Source of the DNA: Histomonas meleagridis 2922-C6/04-290x
Taxonomy: Eukaryota > Protista > Parabasalia
DNA: 64,000 bases
Assembly (NCBI GenBank): GCA_020184695.1
Contig: JAANOX010000142.1
Location: 310,001 to 374,000 of the forward strand
Direction of reading: 5' to 3'
Positions 1 to 10,325 of this stretch are shown here, in pieces (positions within the stretch are counted from its first letter, which is position 1; each line of letters opens with the position of its first letter). The position numbers and the translations under genes were made by a program. The notes below the pieces were generated by a model that did not search any database, was not told the origin of the DNA, and worked only from the letters and a program-made list of their open reading frames with translations.

Positions 1-1718
1 TGCTGTCCAAAATATTTTCAAAATATTATTTCAAAATATTATTTTGAAATAAGAAATTATTAATATAAATATTATATAAAACAAATAAATATTTTTAGTA
101 TTAATATCAATTCCTTCTTGTTCAAGAAGTAATTTAACTATTTCTGTATAACCATTTTCAGATGCTAAAATAAGTGCTGTTTTAAATAATTTAAATAATT
201 TCCAAATATCATTTAGAAATATTAAATTGTTAAAACAAATTATATCTTTAGCATTAATATCAATTCCTTCTTGTTCAAGAAGTAATTTAACTATTTCTAT
301 ATGACCATTTAAAGATGCTTTGATAAGTGCTGTATAAAATAATTTAAATAATTTCTAAGTATCATTTAGAAATATTAAATTGTTAAAACAAATTATATCT
401 TTAGTATTAATATCAATTCCTTCTTGTTCAAGAAGTAATTTAACTATTTCTGTATAACCATTTTCAGATGCTAAAATAAGTGCTGTATAAAATAATTTAA
501 ATAATTTCCAAATATTATTTTGAAATATTCCAAAATTATTAAAATAAATTTCAAATAAAACAAATAAATATCTTTAGCATTAATATCAATTCCTTCTTGT
601 TCAAGAAGTAATTTAACTATTTCTGTATAACCATTTTCAGATGCTAAAATAAGTGCTGTTTTAAATAATTTAAATAATTTCCAAATATCATTTAGATATA
701 TTAAATTGTTAAAACAAATTATATCTTTAGCATTAATATCAATTCCTTTTTGCTTTAAAATGAATGTAACAAGTTCAATATTTCCTGAAAATGAAGCAAA
801 AACTAAAATATTTTCTGGAAGTTGATTATTTTTAATGAAATATTTTACAAGAAAAATATATCCAATTTTTGCTGCTTTATTAATGATATTTTTATTAATT
901 TTCATTCCTTCTTTTTCTAAATATGTAAAAATTTCATAATTAAAATATGAAACGCATTTTTTTCCTAATTTTTTTAATTTGTTAATATCTTCAATTTTAT
1001 TTTCATAAATATATTTAAAAATTTCATTTCGATGAAACATAATTGCTGTTTCACATGCACCTTCAAAAGATGAATGATTTTGTTCACATAAATGAATGAT
1101 TTCTTCATTTCCACCTGCGACAGCATATTTACCTGTGTTTTCTACACTTGCACCATTCATAAGTAAATATTTAAAACATTTAACAGAAGAAAAAAATGCT
1201 GCATAATCAATTAATGTAACATTTTTATGATTAATAAATGAACATCTTTCATAAAGTGATTTTGGAATTATTTGATTAAAATTAAAATGTGTTTGTGATG
1301 ATATTTCTTGAAGTTTTTCTATTTCATCATTTCGAATTATTTTTGCAATTTCTTTTGGATTAATTCCTTCTTCAATTAATTGCTTATGAAGTGCAAAATC
1401 ATTCTTTGATAGTTCTTCATAAGCAATATTTTCTTGATCAAATAAATATTTATATTTATCTGATTTATCTTGATTAATATGAACAAAAAATGGTTCACGT
1501 ATATTTTGGATGAATTTTGATTCAAGTAAATTATACTTAATCATGTAATTAAGTAAATAAAATGATTCTTGTGTGTTTTCTTTAAGTAGAAATTGAGAAA
1601 ATAAATTTATTATTTTTGAGTTGATTTTATTATTTACTTCAAATTTTTCAATTTCTTGTAATAATCTCAAATATATATCAAAATTATTACTATCAATCAG
1701 AAGATATATATATATCAT
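1..1718 (-). CDS. DUF3447-like N-terminal domain + ankyrin-repeat protein, with loops interrupted by 17-nt spacers; 3' end runs off the window start
   Basis: The ORF 471..1718 carries the family motif LIDYAAFFSSVKCFKYLLMNGA...YAVAGGNEEIIHLCEQ...AIMFHRNEIFKY, followed by ankyrin units. Removing the 17-nt spacers gives loops KD-I-N-G-K-TAL (660-722), KD-E-WN-G-Y-TAL (487-569), KD-I-N-R-Y-TAL (334-396) and KD-I-N-G-K-TAL (181-243). The last junction (7-90) is irregular. Confidence 0.85.
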
Positions 1719-2550
1719 TTGGAATATAATGATATCAGAAGATATTGGATATTCTTAACAAAACTTGCTGATAATAAAATTCGATGATTGAGCAAAATTA
1801 TCTATATTCAAACCAAAAATTATGCTTTTTAGCGCTGTATATGTTTCCCACTCGTTTTGAGATTTCTGATTTGTTGTTGCTGTTTGCTTTTGGTGCATTT
1901 TGAACAAATGACTAGTATTGAATTTTGTGAAGATCGATCATCTTTTTCTGAATTTTTAACGGTCGGATATTGGCGGGCCTGCTATAAATTTTTTCAAAAC
2001 CGTCGATAATTGAATGCGATTTCACATATCTCGAAAAGTAGAGTATTTTGAGAATAATGAATCACTGAAAAACACTCAACATATAAAATTTAGAACATAA
2101 TTTGAATAAATGATTGATTTAATGATAATTTATAAATATATTTGTCTATAAAAATTGTAAAAACCGTTTCGTTTCAGCCAACAATTTCTGTCATCTAATT
2201 TCAATGAAGACAGATTTGTTTTTAGTAAACTATGTAAATATTATTATGACAAATAATATTGTCAGACAAAAATTGAAAATGATTGTTAAATAATTCAAAG
2301 TTTTAAATATCGTTCCCAACAGAAAGATACATATCGTTACATTGAAAAAATATCTCCCAAACAGAAAAGTGCAACGGCTTTATCGGGTGAAGAAGTCAAA
2401 AATATTATCACCAGCAGAAAAATTAATAGCCAATTACATAAAAAATTCGATAATACCATCGAAATTTAAAGTCAGTTCATCAACATAATTATCTCTATTT
2501 CGAGGATATAAAAAGATTTTTAGTAAGTCAATCCGCGTTTTAAATAGATA

Positions 2551-3831
2551 TCAATTGCTTGGTGCCTTGCTACAAAGTTTCCCATAAAATTCTACTGCGC
2601 ACACGCCCATGATATTATTTCCAGCATGATTTTCTCCGATCTGTCTAATCCGTATGTAGCTTGATTCGATTTGGTTCTTACATTGGAACGTTTTTACTGC
2701 ATCTTTATGATTAAGGTCGGTGTTGTTAAGCCGTGAATCAATTTCGGTCCAATTCTCACCATCATTAGATCCATCTATTACCCATGACTTAAGATGTCCT
2801 CCCCTTGGACCAATAGGAAGCGATTTTAATGTGTAAGCCGAAATTGTTACTGAAAAATTGACAAAATGGAATTTGATCCAATTCACTTTGGAATTAAGAG
2901 AAAGGTAATAATGCGATGACGCGAAATCGGCAACAATTGGCGGCTGTCTATTTGGCGATTTTAGTGATGTTTCAGCTGATATCAATACAACACCTTTTTC
3001 ATTCACATTTCCACCAAACTTCTTCGTAAGATATGCAATTATTCCTTCAAAAGGTTTTTCAAATGGAAATTCCATAATTTCGGAAGATATTGAATTGTCA
3101 GATTTTGAAGTTTCTGTTGATAAGGTTGTTCCTGCTTCCATGAGCATACGCTGACATAGTGAATCCCAAACCTTTGGTGATATATCTTCAAATGTAACGG
3201 TTTTGATGAATCTTTGCATTTTATCATTACTGATGTTTTCAAAGTGGATAGCATCTAACAAAAAAAGGTTTCCTTCTTTGTCGTAATCAATAAGATCAAG
3301 GATTACGTCCAATAATGCACTTTCTGATTTGACTTTGAGATTTTCATTGGTCAATATTTGATATAATATGTTGGGATCAATGCTCTTGACAAGGTCAGAA
3401 CTGACTTCAGATAGTATTGAAGCAAATTTATCGACTTCTTTTTGGAATACATTTCCTTGCGAAAAGTGCTCTAAAATTTGTTCAATACTTAAGTCTTTCT
3501 CCGATGCAACCTTTTCAACAAGTTCGTTGTTTCCTAAAAGCATTCCAATATGCATTAAGAACTGTGATGAATTTTCATCAACAGAAACAGAATGACCATT
3601 CATTAATTGAATAACTTTATTAAAATTTCCGTCGGTATCATGCACCTTTATGCTATATGAGTTGATAGTAGGGTCGATTAAATGAAGTCTTGAAATATTT
3701 GGAGATATAAAATCAGCACAAACACGATTGCAATGGTATTCTTTTTCGTCAACATAGAAAACGAAGTCTTCGGTAATATTGTTTGTTTGTAGGTTTACTA
3801 TCCCTTTAGCGGATAGGTTGACTTCTTTCAT
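2551..3831 (-). CDS. BTB/POZ(-BACK) + F5/8 type C (discoidin-like) domain protein
   Basis: The N-terminus DFVFYVDEKEYHCNRVCADFISPNIS is BTB-like, and LKVKSESALLD...IHFENIS is BACK-like. The C-terminus WIKFHF...YTLKS...HLKSWVIDGSNDGENWTEIDSR...YIRIRQIGEN...VEFYG is typical of the expanded trichomonad BTB-F5/8C family. Confidence 0.85.
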   Translation of the reverse strand: MKEVNLSAKGIVNLQTNNITEDFVFYVDEKEYHCNRVCADFISPNISRLHLIDPTINSYSIKVHDTDGNFNKVIQLMNGHSVSVDENSSQFLMHIGMLLGNNELVEKVASEKDLSIEQILEHFSQGNVFQKEVDKFASILSEVSSDLVKSIDPNILYQILTNENLKVKSESALLDVILDLIDYDKEGNLFLLDAIHFENISNDKMQRFIKTVTFEDISPKVWDSLCQRMLMEAGTTLSTETSKSDNSISSEIMEFPFEKPFEGIIAYLTKKFGGNVNEKGVVLISAETSLKSPNRQPPIVADFASSHYYLSLNSKVNWIKFHFVNFSVTISAYTLKSLPIGPRGGHLKSWVIDGSNDGENWTEIDSRLNNTDLNHKDAVKTFQCKNQIESSYIRIRQIGENHAGNNIMGVCAVEFYGKLCSKAPSN

Positions 3832-4148
3832 GAAAGGTCGGCCGTTTTGTCACGTGTAAAATATTCAATAAATTCAGGTTATTTTACCCGTTTAAATATT
3901 GAGACGTACTTGATCAAGATGTGTGCGATTTTTTCAGCGAAGTAAAATTTATCAGCAAAAGTATTTTATTGGATTTTTGAAAAAGAAATAAAAATCCTAA
4001 CTGCTTTTTTGGGTTAATGAATGGCATAAAAAAATTTTAGTGAGATTGAAATTTGAAAAAAATTTATTTTTGGAGTTTAGTATTTGATAACTCAAGTTTA
4101 AGCATCACAACCAGAAAATATTTTAAAATGAATTTTTATAAAATTGCA

Positions 4149-5062
4149 TTATGATATAAATGTACGAGTACTAAGCAGAATCGACTCAGGAGACTTAAAA
4201 AGACCCTTAAGTCCTTGAAAATCATTGAAATAAGGATGGCTGAGAGCATCTTTCGCTGTGATTCTTTTCGATGGATCAATTTGAAGCATTTTGGATATCA
4301 AATCGATTATTTGTGCATCTGCGTTAGGCAAAAGATTTGCCAAATCTTGTGGCTCAGATTCTGGAAAATCGTCATTATACCTTGGTAGCTGCTTGAACGT
4401 GAGTAGTGTTTCCTCACTTGGAGTTCCAATGATATTAAATATTTTGTGGAGTATATCATTATTGCATTCACCAAAAAACAAAGGCTTTCTAACAATCATT
4501 TCAGCAAGAACACAACCTGCACTCCAAATGTCAACAGAGTTTATGTATAAATTTGCGCCAAGAAAAATTTCAGGTGGACGATAATATGGTGCCGCGAAAT
4601 CTGGTGTAGAAACCTGTGGACTAGCAAATCTAGCCCACGAAAAATCTCTGATTTTAAGGTACCCATTTGCATCAAGAAGAATACTTGAGGGTTTTATATT
4701 ACGATGAGTTACTCCTTTAGAATGAAGATAACTCAGACCTGATAATAGTTGATATGCATAAGACTTAAGCAAGTTGGGTTGTATTTGTTGACGCATTATG
4801 TATTTAGCCAAGTCTATGGGAAAAAAGTCGAGAACCAATGTAAACTTGGTGTCATCTTGTTCAATATCAAGAAGTTTTACAATATTGGGGTGATTCATTT
4901 CCTTCAAAATCGATGTTTCGCGATTTATCATTTCGAACTCTTGGAAAAATGTATTTTCGAATCTTCAAACAAACGATATTACCATTACGTAAATCCTTAG
5001 CTTTGTATAAAGAAAAATTGATCAATCACAGAAACTTTTTCATATTTGCTTTGTCCAATCAT
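4149..5062 (-). pseudogene. CDK/CMGC-like kinase, frameshifted at the 5' end and with degenerate catalytic motifs
   Basis: The ORF 4149..4931 has HPNIVKLLD, HRNIKP (normally HRDLKP), RDFSWAR (normally DFGLAR), YYRPPEIFLG, DIWSAGC and RITAKDALSHPYF. The upstream N-lobe (ATG 5062; YKAKDLRNGNIVCLK) lies in other frames. Confidence 0.7.
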
Positions 5063-5312
5063 TTGGAAAAATGATTTTGTTAATCGATCAATTTTTAAAC
5101 GTCATTAAAGCACATTAAATTTTGAGTCAAACGCTTGACCAATTATTACACTTTTTCAATATGTGTGATGCAATTATGTGTAATGTGATGCAAGTTCTCA
5201 TAACTATCGTCCTAACTTCCAAGCAGAATTGAAAAAGGTAACCCAAAATGATGAAATAGAAAAACTGCAACTTTAAAATCACTTTATGAAAGATGTTCAC
5301 AAATCAATAAAA

Positions 5313-5400
5313 TGTTTCATTGTTTTTGTGTTTCATTCTTTATGTGTTTCATTCTTTATGTGTTTCATTATTTATTTGTTTCATTATTTATTTGTTTTAT
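5313..5400 (+). repeat. About 5 degenerate copies of a 16-nt tandem repeat (TGTTTCATTCTTTATG-like)
   Basis: Read directly: tgtttcattgtttttg / tgtttcattctttatg / tgtttcattctttatg / tgtttcattatttatt / tgtttcattatttatt. Confidence 0.7.
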
Positions 5401-5735
5401 TTGATATTTACTCTAATAACTTGATAAATGTATGCCATATAACATTTGGAAATTATTTATACTGTTAGTTGCTGTTCTATTTGCCCTTCGAAGTCTGCAT
5501 TTAATGTTTTTTGTCAAAATTATGTTTTTTTGGAAAAAAATTGATTTAATTTTAATCTTTTTTATAAAACAAATGTTAATGAAATTAATTTTATTTTCCA
5601 AGATATAAAAAGTTTAACAAGAGAAAACATAATAAAATGTTTCTTAAAACATTTATTTTTATTATTTGCTCATTTGAAAATGTGACAAAATGAGTGAAAT
5701 AAATTTTAAAATGTTTCAAATTGTTTTGTGTTTAC

Positions 5736-6302
5736 TTACCAGCCTGCACCTTCGCCTGCATTATTCCATTCTTGTTCAGTTGATGGAGCGCCACTTTCAG
5801 CATTTGGTGCAGCATCAACTGTTGTAACATCAGTTGCGACTGTTTCTTCTCCTTCGTGGTCAATTTGTTCTTGAATATTTTGTTCATCGCGTGTATCGCG
5901 ATAGAAGTAAAGATCTGGAAGAACCTTCCATTCTTGCGTACGAAGAAGTTCACCACGAAGACGTAAAACTTCACGTGTGAGTAACCACATAACAAGACCA
6001 AGGAATTGTGAAAACTTATGAACTGCACGTTGACCAAATGGTTTAGCTGAAATAGCAAGAACATCACGTGGTTCTTCAACTGCATAAATCATACGTGCGG
6101 CAAGTTTAATCTTTTCGTATGTCATTCCAAGGTTAATGATGTGTGTACCTGTCTTTGTACGTGTGAAAACATATGGTTGCATACCAAAGGAAAGATTTGA
6201 TGAACCTATGTGAACCTTAGCAGCGAGCATTTTCTTGATGGAGGCTTCTCTATCAGCTTGCATTGGGAGCAAAGGCTGACCAAAACCGCTTCGATAAGGC
6301 AA
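5736..6302 (-). pseudogene. RPSA: 40S ribosomal protein SA (uS2) copy with an in-frame 234-nt internal deletion
   Basis: The N-terminus KMLAAKVHIGSSNL...[27 protein letters not shown] is uS2. It jumps from FSQFLG directly to [11 protein letters not shown], and the missing 78 aa are present in the copy at 47259..47882. Confidence 0.9.
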
Positions 6303-6345
6303 TTTTGACTAACTTTGTCTGATTTTCAGAAGCAAATTTAATCAA

Positions 6346-7551
6346 GTGATTTTAATTTTTTGCATTGCTCAATTAAAGCCTTTTGTTTTTTTCCCTGGAG
6401 CATTTAGAAGTAGAATGAATATAACAGTTGAAAAAAAGACAAGGTGGTATTGTCCTAAACCAAAAGATGAAAGATTTTGGATTAGATTTAAATATCTAAT
6501 TCCTCCTTTCATAAGTTGTTTCTTAGATTGGGTTGGAGTTGATTATGATGAAGAATCTGATGAAATTAAAAGCAGAGAAAATGTTTCAATTTATACAGAT
6601 GATTTTGGGGGAATGGAAGGACTCCGTGGAACCGGCCCAAAAATATTTGGAAGATCAGTCCCATCATATTTTCAGAAATATATTAAAAATCTTGAAAAAA
6701 TTGGATATACTGCTGATAAAAACATTGTAGGTGCACCATATGATTGGAGATTTGGAACTGCACAACCAGACGCTTACTTTGATAAAGTTAAAAAATTGAT
6801 CGAAAAAGTTTACGAAGAAAATGAAAATCAAAAAGTCATAATTATTTCACATTCCCTTGGAACTCAAATTGCCCATCGCTTTTTAACGGAGAAGACAGAC
6901 CCTACATGGAGGTCTAAATATATTGATTCATGTACTTTAATTGCTCCATCTTTTTCAGGTGCAAGTTTTACCTTCACCGCTTTCTGGCGACTTAATTCCA
7001 AATATCTATCGTTTTCCAAGCTACGTAGAATTCGTGAGTTTATTGGTTCATTAGGTTCATTACACGTTCACATCCCTCATTCATTAGGATACGTTAACAC
7101 AACATTATTTGTCGACAAAAACGGTACAAATTATAACGGCAGCAGTTTAATTGAAATTTTGATCGCAAACGGTCGCCTTTCAGAGAAAGAAAGAAAAATT
7201 GGAGAAAGAAACTTCAAATTTATTAGACAATGGCCCAAAGCATTAGATGTTAATACCAATATACTTTATAATAGTGGTTTTAAAACAACATTAGGGTTAA
7301 ACACTTCTAAATGGAAAGATTTTGGAAAAGGAATCGATGTACCTGGAGATGGAATTGTCGGCTCTGCTGTTATTGATTGGATGTGTAACAACTGGGATCT
7401 TGGCAACAAAACATTTAATTGCCTTGATTACCATTCGCCTAAGTTGAAATACTTTCACAAAAATCTTGTTCTTACAGATGAAGCAATAAACACTGTGTTG
7501 AATTGGACTATAGGTGGTCAGTTTAACAACGAAATTAATTCAGAATTGTAA
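6346..7551 (+). CDS. Lecithin:cholesterol acyltransferase / group XV phospholipase A2 family
   Basis: Motifs FFPG, GAPYDWR, the lipase nucleophile elbow IISHSLG, GDGIV and HKNLV. The ORF opens at GTG, and the first in-frame ATG is at 6415. Confidence 0.88.
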   Translation: MILIFCIAQLKPFVFFPGAFRSRMNITVEKKTRWYCPKPKDERFWIRFKYLIPPFISCFLDWVGVDYDEESDEIKSRENVSIYTDDFGGMEGLRGTGPKIFGRSVPSYFQKYIKNLEKIGYTADKNIVGAPYDWRFGTAQPDAYFDKVKKLIEKVYEENENQKVIIISHSLGTQIAHRFLTEKTDPTWRSKYIDSCTLIAPSFSGASFTFTAFWRLNSKYLSFSKLRRIREFIGSLGSLHVHIPHSLGYVNTTLFVDKNGTNYNGSSLIEILIANGRLSEKERKIGERNFKFIRQWPKALDVNTNILYNSGFKTTLGLNTSKWKDFGKGIDVPGDGIVGSAVIDWMCNNWDLGNKTFNCLDYHSPKLKYFHKNLVLTDEAINTVLNWTIGGQFNNEINSEL

Positions 7552-7734
7552 ATATCTATAATAATAAATGTTGAATTAATAATCAAAAAATTTTTACAGA
7601 TTTAAATTATAAGGTTTAATATGATTTAACACTTTGATTGCAATCAAAAATTAGCTTTTCTTATTTCGTTTAATTTTATTTTTTTTTTTTTCAAACACGA
7701 AAGACATGTGATATGAAATTTAATTAAATTTTTT

Positions 7735-10041
7735 ATGTTAAAAGGTGCACAGGATGTAAGATATGGAGATTCTGAATATCAATCTATTTATGATGAATTC
7801 CTAATTCCACTTGAGCATGTAATATTTAATGTAACAGATAAAAATTTGGATTTATCAATTCAACAAACAATGGAATTATTTGATTCAAATTATCCTTATT
7901 CATTTAATATTGTCACAAGTCATTTAGTATACTTTTCATTTTGCTCACATAAGGATGTAAATGATATATATTTAAGATATTTAGAAATAATTCAAACAAA
8001 AGAAGAAGAAATGGACAAAAATTATCCCAAAATCATTAATATCTTTTACAACTACATTTCCAGATTTGAGTCTCAAGAAGCGTATTATTTAATAAGGAAA
8101 ATGGTTGAAAGAAATTTATTTGATATTCAAATCATCAAGAATTTTAATTCTCATGATTTTATGAGTTATACAAGAGATCTAATTAATAGAACTGGTCCTC
8201 GTCTTTTAAAGGACCAATTGGAACATCATAAGAAATTAGTAAATGAAGGTGTTAATCCAAGTGAAATAACAAAAATAATTCGAAATGATGACATAGAAAA
8301 ACTTCAAGAAATTTCATCACAAAATGATTTTAATTTTAATCAGAAAATTGGGCGGTCACTTTATGAAAGATGTTCATTTATTAACAATTCGAGTGTTACA
8401 TTAATTGATTATGCAGCATTTTTTGGATCAGTTAAATGCTTTAAATTTTTGCTTATGAATGAAGCAAATATTAAAAATACATTTAAGTATGCTGTTGCAG
8501 GTGGAAATGAAGAAATTATTCATTTATGTGAACAAAATCATTCTTCATTCAAAGATGCATATGAAACAGCAATTGAATTTCATCGAAATGATATCTTTCA
8601 TTATCTTTATGAAAAAAGAAATTGAATTTTGGATATTTTTGTGTTAAAAGCGGAAATTATGAAATTCTTTCATTTTTAGAAAAAGAAAAATTGAGATTTA
8701 AACCAAATATCATCAATGAATCAGCAAAAAATGGTAATTTGTATCTTATAAAGCATTTCAAAAATATTCAAATTACAAAAGATATTTTAGTTTTATCTGC
8801 CGAATCAGGAAATATTGAACTTGTTAAATTTATTTTAGGACGAAAAAAAATTGATGTAAATGTTAAAAATGTTTTTATATTTTGTTTGATATTTATTTTG
8901 ATCATATAAGATTTCAAATGTATTTTTGGAATTTGTTTAAAATATTTTATACAGCACTTATTAGTGCTTCATTAAATAATCATGTTGATACAGTCAAATT
9001 ACTTCTTGAACAAGAAGGAATTGATATTAATGCTGAAGATATTTATTTATTTTATTTGAAATTTATTTTAATAATTTTGGATTTCAAAATATTATCTGGA
9101 AATTATTTAAATTATTTAATACAGCACTTATCAAAGCATCTAAAAAAGGTCATACAGAAATAGTTAAATTACTTCTTGAACAAGAAGGAATTGATATTAA
9201 TGCTAAAGATATTTATTTGTTTTATTTAATATTCATTTTAATAATTTTATATTTCAAAATAATATTTGGATATTATTTAAATTATTTAAAACAGCAATTA
9301 TTTTAGCATCTCGATATGGTCATACAGAAATAGTTAAATTACTTCTTGAACAAGAAGGAATTGATATTAATGCTAAAGATATTTATTCGTTTTATCTGAT
9401 ATTTATTTTAAAAATTTAATATTTCAAAATAATATTTGGAAAATATTCAAAATATTTAAAACAGCACTTATGATAGCAGTCGATAATAATTTCATAGAAA
9501 TAGCTAAACTAATCCTTATGCAAAAAGGAGTTGATGTCAATGCTAAAGATATTTTATAATTTTTTTGTTTGAAATATGTTTAAATAATTTCAATTTTCAA
9601 AATAAAATTTGGATTTTAATCAAAAATATTTGAAACAGCACTTATGAATGCGTCCAGAATCGGTCAAACAGAAATAGTTAAACTACTTCTAAAACAAGAA
9701 GGAATTGATATTAATGCTAAAGATAATTTTTATTTTAACAATTTTATATTTCAAAATAATATTTGGAAATTATTTAAATTATTTGTAACAGCACTTATGA
9801 TAGCATCTTCTTATTGTAAAAAGGAAATAGTTAAACTACTTCTTGAACAAGAAGGTATTGATATTGATGCTAAAAGTATTTGTTTGCTATATTTAAAATT
9901 TATTATGACAATTTTCTATTTCAAAATAATATTTGGAAATTATTTAAATTATTTAATACAGCATTAACACTTGCATCTTCTTTTGGAAATAAAGAAACAG
10001 TTCAATTGCTTCTTGATCACGCCAAAAAGACAGTGAAGTGA
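7735..10041 (+). CDS. DUF3447-like + ankyrin-repeat protein with 7 loops interrupted by 17-nt spacers
   Basis: The N-terminal ORF 7735..8625 has the family motif. A 1-nt frameshift in an A-run near 8612 joins it to ORF 8622..8909. Spacer removal gives KN-DKGY-TAL, ED-EWGN-TAL, KD-NYGK-TAI, KD-DNGK-TAL, KD-EQGE-TAL, KD-NYGV-TAL and KS-KSGN-TAL, ending LLLDHAKKTVK* (TGA 10039-10041). Confidence 0.85.
8871..9957 (+). other. Seven clusters of 17-nt spacers separating single codons
   Basis: Example: spacer 8871-8887, GAT, spacer 8891-8907, AAG, spacer 8911-8927, GGA, spacer 8931-8947, TAT, then ACA GCA CTT at 8951. The repeat period is 170 nt (102 coding + 4x17). Confidence 0.9.
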
Positions 10042-10325
10042 CTTCGGGGCGGTCCAAATAAAATCACTTCACCTTCTGCTGTAGCGGCATTTGTTATGTG
10101 TGAAGAAAGTACGAAATCCAACAGCCACCAGCATCGCGCGCTCGCCCGACGACACTCGCGCCACTGCCACACCGCTCATTACATTCAGTTACGTAAAATT
10201 ACCAAATTGCGAATTCAAATTAATTTGAATCCACAGCAAATGACATTACACAATGAAACAGCAAAAGTATTCACATTAAATATTAAAAACAAAACAAAAA
10301 AAAATTACTTTGTTCCACTATTTAC

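Noticed and set aside
8605-8630. Frameshift between ORF 7735..8625 and ORF 8622..8909 as a programmed frameshift
   Set aside because: A single missing A in GAAAAAAGAAA restores EKKKLNFGYFC, and paralogues at 24004 and 471 read through here. A homopolymer sequencing error or simple mutation is more likely.
9041-9120. T4 gene 60-style ribosomal hop with matched take-off and landing codons
   Set aside because: The codon before each spacer varies while the spacer always ends in TTT-like bases, so matched codons are absent. An unmatched bypass cannot be excluded and is kept as an alternative in the findings.
8871-9957. Canonical GT-AG or AT-AC introns spanning each whole junction
   Set aside because: No GT...AG or AT...AC pair with the trichomonad branch/3' motif flanks these junctions. 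Removing the whole block would also delete the conserved x-x-G-x residues that the isolated triplets supply.
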